DNA from: Thalia democratica
Lineage: Eukaryota
Length of the DNA: 64,000 nt
Direction: 5' to 3'
Assembly (NCBI GenBank): GCA_965202585.1
Contig: OZ241833.1
Span: forward strand, 42,222,001-42,286,000
Positions 61,493 to 64,000 of this stretch are shown here, one piece after another. The notes under the pieces were generated by a model. It made no database searches. It had not been told where the DNA came from and saw nothing but the letters and a program-made list of their open reading frames with translations. Position numbers and translations under genes: made by a program. The number at the start of each line of letters is the position of its first letter. The first letter of the stretch is position 1.

Positions 61493-62758
61493 TTAAAAGC
61501 TGATGTTTATACTTACAAAACTGCGATTGCGTGCACTTTTTCCTCTTCCAACGCTTTTCTCCGCATAGCATTTTTTGGAGGCGGCGAAACGGAAGCTGAA
61601 ACGGTTCTTGTCGTTTTCAGAGCAGCTCGAATACTCGTTAGGGTTGGGAACGTCTCGCTTCATCACACACTGCTGAAGTCTCACTTTGTAGTTCTCCGCT
61701 TGCAAAACCGCTCGCAACGAGCGACGACCGGTCTTCGCACCGTTCGCCTCGTCATCGGCCGGAGTGACGCGGATTTGCCTCACGACGTCATTGTACTCGT
61801 TCCTGATGACGTTGAAAAGAACTTGCGTGTCGTTTTCTTCCACTGTTAAGTTGTAGTCAACAGAAGAGCTCTGTTCATCGTCACCTACCTCGCTCCAAGA
61901 ATCGCGAAACTCTCGCGCAGTTTTCACGCAGGGCATGCCGAACACCTTGTCGCCCGTGTACGAAAAACTCAAGACCTTAAAATTTTCAAACAAAACGTTC
62001 ATCGGTACGGTTGAGTAATTTCCGTGGGGATTGTACAACTTGATGTTGTCTTCTGTGCAGCCAATCAAGGCGTAAGCGTGGCGGGACTTCAAACCGTACT
62101 CTGAACTCGCTTTGTCAAAGCTGACCGTCATCAAAGAACCGTTTTTTTCACCGTGAGCTAACATTTTCGGAAGCTCGCAGCCCGAACTGCTCATACCTCT
62201 TTTCCAAACTTCTTCAAAGAAATTGTTAGAAAGACTCGATAAAATTTGAACTTCACTCACAAAAGCTGCCAGTTCATATTTTCCGTCAAAGTGCAGCTCT
62301 ACCAACGCCTTTTCAAGAAGTGGGCCCACGAAGTTTTCATTGTAGCTGCGACTGTGCTGCAGTTTGTTTCCTTTCAGGAACGTCAGGGACTCGTCCACGA
62401 CAACTTCATAGGGCTCGCCGTTCTTGTAGAGGTTGAAAGCAAATTCTGACGGCTGTTCGGGAAGAAAAAAACTTTTTTTGTGGAACCTCTGGTTAACGGG
62501 CGCCACTTTTTTCAAAAGTTCGCGGTTGCCGGCCAGTGAAGCCATCGACGCGATCATCCCGCAGTTCCCAATAGGGCCTTGAACGAAGTTGCGCTCTGTG
62601 ACGTCACAAACGTCAAACTTTGCTTTATCGTAAACGTGTGACAATTTCGATCGGTGCTTCTTTTGCGGCAGTTTTAGAGATTTGTTTATCGAGCGTTGCT
62701 TGTTCACGTAAGAAACGCTCTTCGCGGCTAGTTTGTATATTTTGTCAAGTAAGCTCAT
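61493..62758 (-). CDS. Intronless calpain-like cysteine protease (CysPc domain plus short calpain-III-like tail, no EF hands), 421 aa
   Basis: Single ORF with FVQGPIGNCGMIASMASLA (catalytic Cys), LLEKALVEL, HAYALIG (His) and KLYNPHG (Asn); also EPYEVVVDESL, matching the calpain V-V-V-D-D-x-L-P motif. Confidence 0.88.
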   Translation of the reverse strand: MSLLDKIYKLAAKSVSYVNKQRSINKSLKLPQKKHRSKLSHVYDKAKFDVCDVTERNFVQGPIGNCGMIASMASLAGNRELLKKVAPVNQRFHKKSFFLPEQPSEFAFNLYKNGEPYEVVVDESLTFLKGNKLQHSRSYNENFVGPLLEKALVELHFDGKYELAAFVSEVQILSSLSNNFFEEVWKRGMSSSGCELPKMLAHGEKNGSLMTVSFDKASSEYGLKSRHAYALIGCTEDNIKLYNPHGNYSTVPMNVLFENFKVLSFSYTGDKVFGMPCVKTAREFRDSWSEVGDDEQSSSVDYNLTVEENDTQVLFNVIRNEYNDVVRQIRVTPADDEANGAKTGRRSLRAVLQAENYKVRLQQCVMKRDVPNPNEYSSCSENDKNRFSFRFAASKKCYAEKSVGRGKSARNRSFVSINISF

Positions 62759-64000
62759 AGGTGAGTTTGTTGTTTTAAATATGATAGCTGAAGTGTTCCA
62801 AAGAAGTTGTATTTATAATACTTAGGTTTTCTTTTCTGAAAAGAACCAGCAAAGTTTTATTAAAACGAAATTGTACATTAACAAAATTTTAAATAAATAA
62901 ATTGGTTTTGAAATTACAAAACTGTTAAGGTATTTACAGTCCATACAATGCAAAAATGCAATATATATTAAATTTCTAAATTATTTTTTAAGTTGATGTA
63001 GTAATGTAGGTTTTCTGAAGTCTTATAAGTTACTGGTGAAAAAAGTAAAAAGGAAATTAACTTGATTACTGAAAACCTTTTTTAGTCCAGAATTTCTACC
63101 GTTCACTAATTTGCATAAGATTTTTTTTTGAAAGTATATAGCGTGTATAAACAATTTAAGATGATACAGTAATTCTAAACTGGATAGTTTATTTTAAAAA
63201 GTTAAAATTCGTTTTATTAGTTTTAAATTACACTTATTTACTTGAGAAAAAAAATGAGTGAGGGGAGTTTATAATTCTTTTAAGATAAAAGATTTTAAAA
63301 TTGTCTAATATTAAAGCACTACCCCGTATGCTTTTTATTAATGTATTTTTTTTTTCTAAGCTTAAGTTCGAACAGTTTACTAAAAAATCAAGTCAATCAA
63401 ACTATTTAACCACAACATTTTTAGATTAACACAAAATCATTTTCTTTTAACTTCTTATAATATAAACCAATTTTATTTTATCATTTATATGTAGTTAAAA
63501 AACATTTGAAATTATTAACATTTGAACAACGCGTTTCAACTTTTAACAAATCATGACTTAATATTGATTTAATTTAATAATGACTTAATAAGTAAACAAT
63601 GCAACTAAAAAACTGGATATGTAGTATTTAAAAACTTAATGTTTAAATATAAAACATTAAAGTTTCTTTATAACTAAGTCTTTGAAATATTGTTAGTTGA
63701 TAAATATAAGACAAGTATTAATTGAAGTTTTAAAAAAAACTTAAGAATTGGAAACTCAAGTTTTCTACAAAAACAGTTTTAACAACGATTTGAATATTTT
63801 ATAACACAAATGCACTAATAATTTTATTTGTACAAAAAAAAGTTGTAAGAATATAAACCAACATCAACTTTAAATAATGTTAAACAAATAGCTTAATTGT
63901 TCATCATAGTCATTTATAGAGTAAAATATAAATAAAGCTTTATAATATGCCCTTTTAAATTAAAAGAAAGTTTGAATTTTTAACATATTTTTTTAAATAT

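Overview
Very AT-rich, intron-dense eukaryotic (metazoan) DNA. The species cannot be fixed from sequence; the repeat landscape resembles a cnidarian such as Hydra. There is no prokaryotic content or CRISPR. Three protein-coding genes are present: (1) the 5' part of an SLC36/AVT3-like amino-acid transporter on the minus strand (start 4923, running off the left edge); (2) a complete BPTF/NURF301 orthologue on the plus strand, reconstructed by hand as about 57 coding exons (22567-56169, about 2336 aa; DDT, PHD, WHIM/WSD-type region, low-complexity linker, two PHDs, bromodomain); (3) an intronless calpain-like cysteine protease on the minus strand (61493-62758). The rest is decayed DNA transposons and MITEs plus two degenerate hammerhead motifs. 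Three observations stand out. First, seven copies of a long (about 165-170 nt) box C/D snoRNA sit in BPTF introns, each with box D 70-82 nt upstream of a 3' splice site and an invariant 12-nt guide antisense to the U6 ACAGAGA box that predicts methylation of U6 A47 (mgU6-47/SNORD7 type). Second, pervasive intronic echo copies of exon ends differ from the live exon mostly by synonymous changes. Third, a 31-bp hairpin array begins at the BPTF stop codon, and each unit carries 15 nt antisense to the end of the CDS. All exon models were read by eye from splice sites and phase continuity and lack transcript support.
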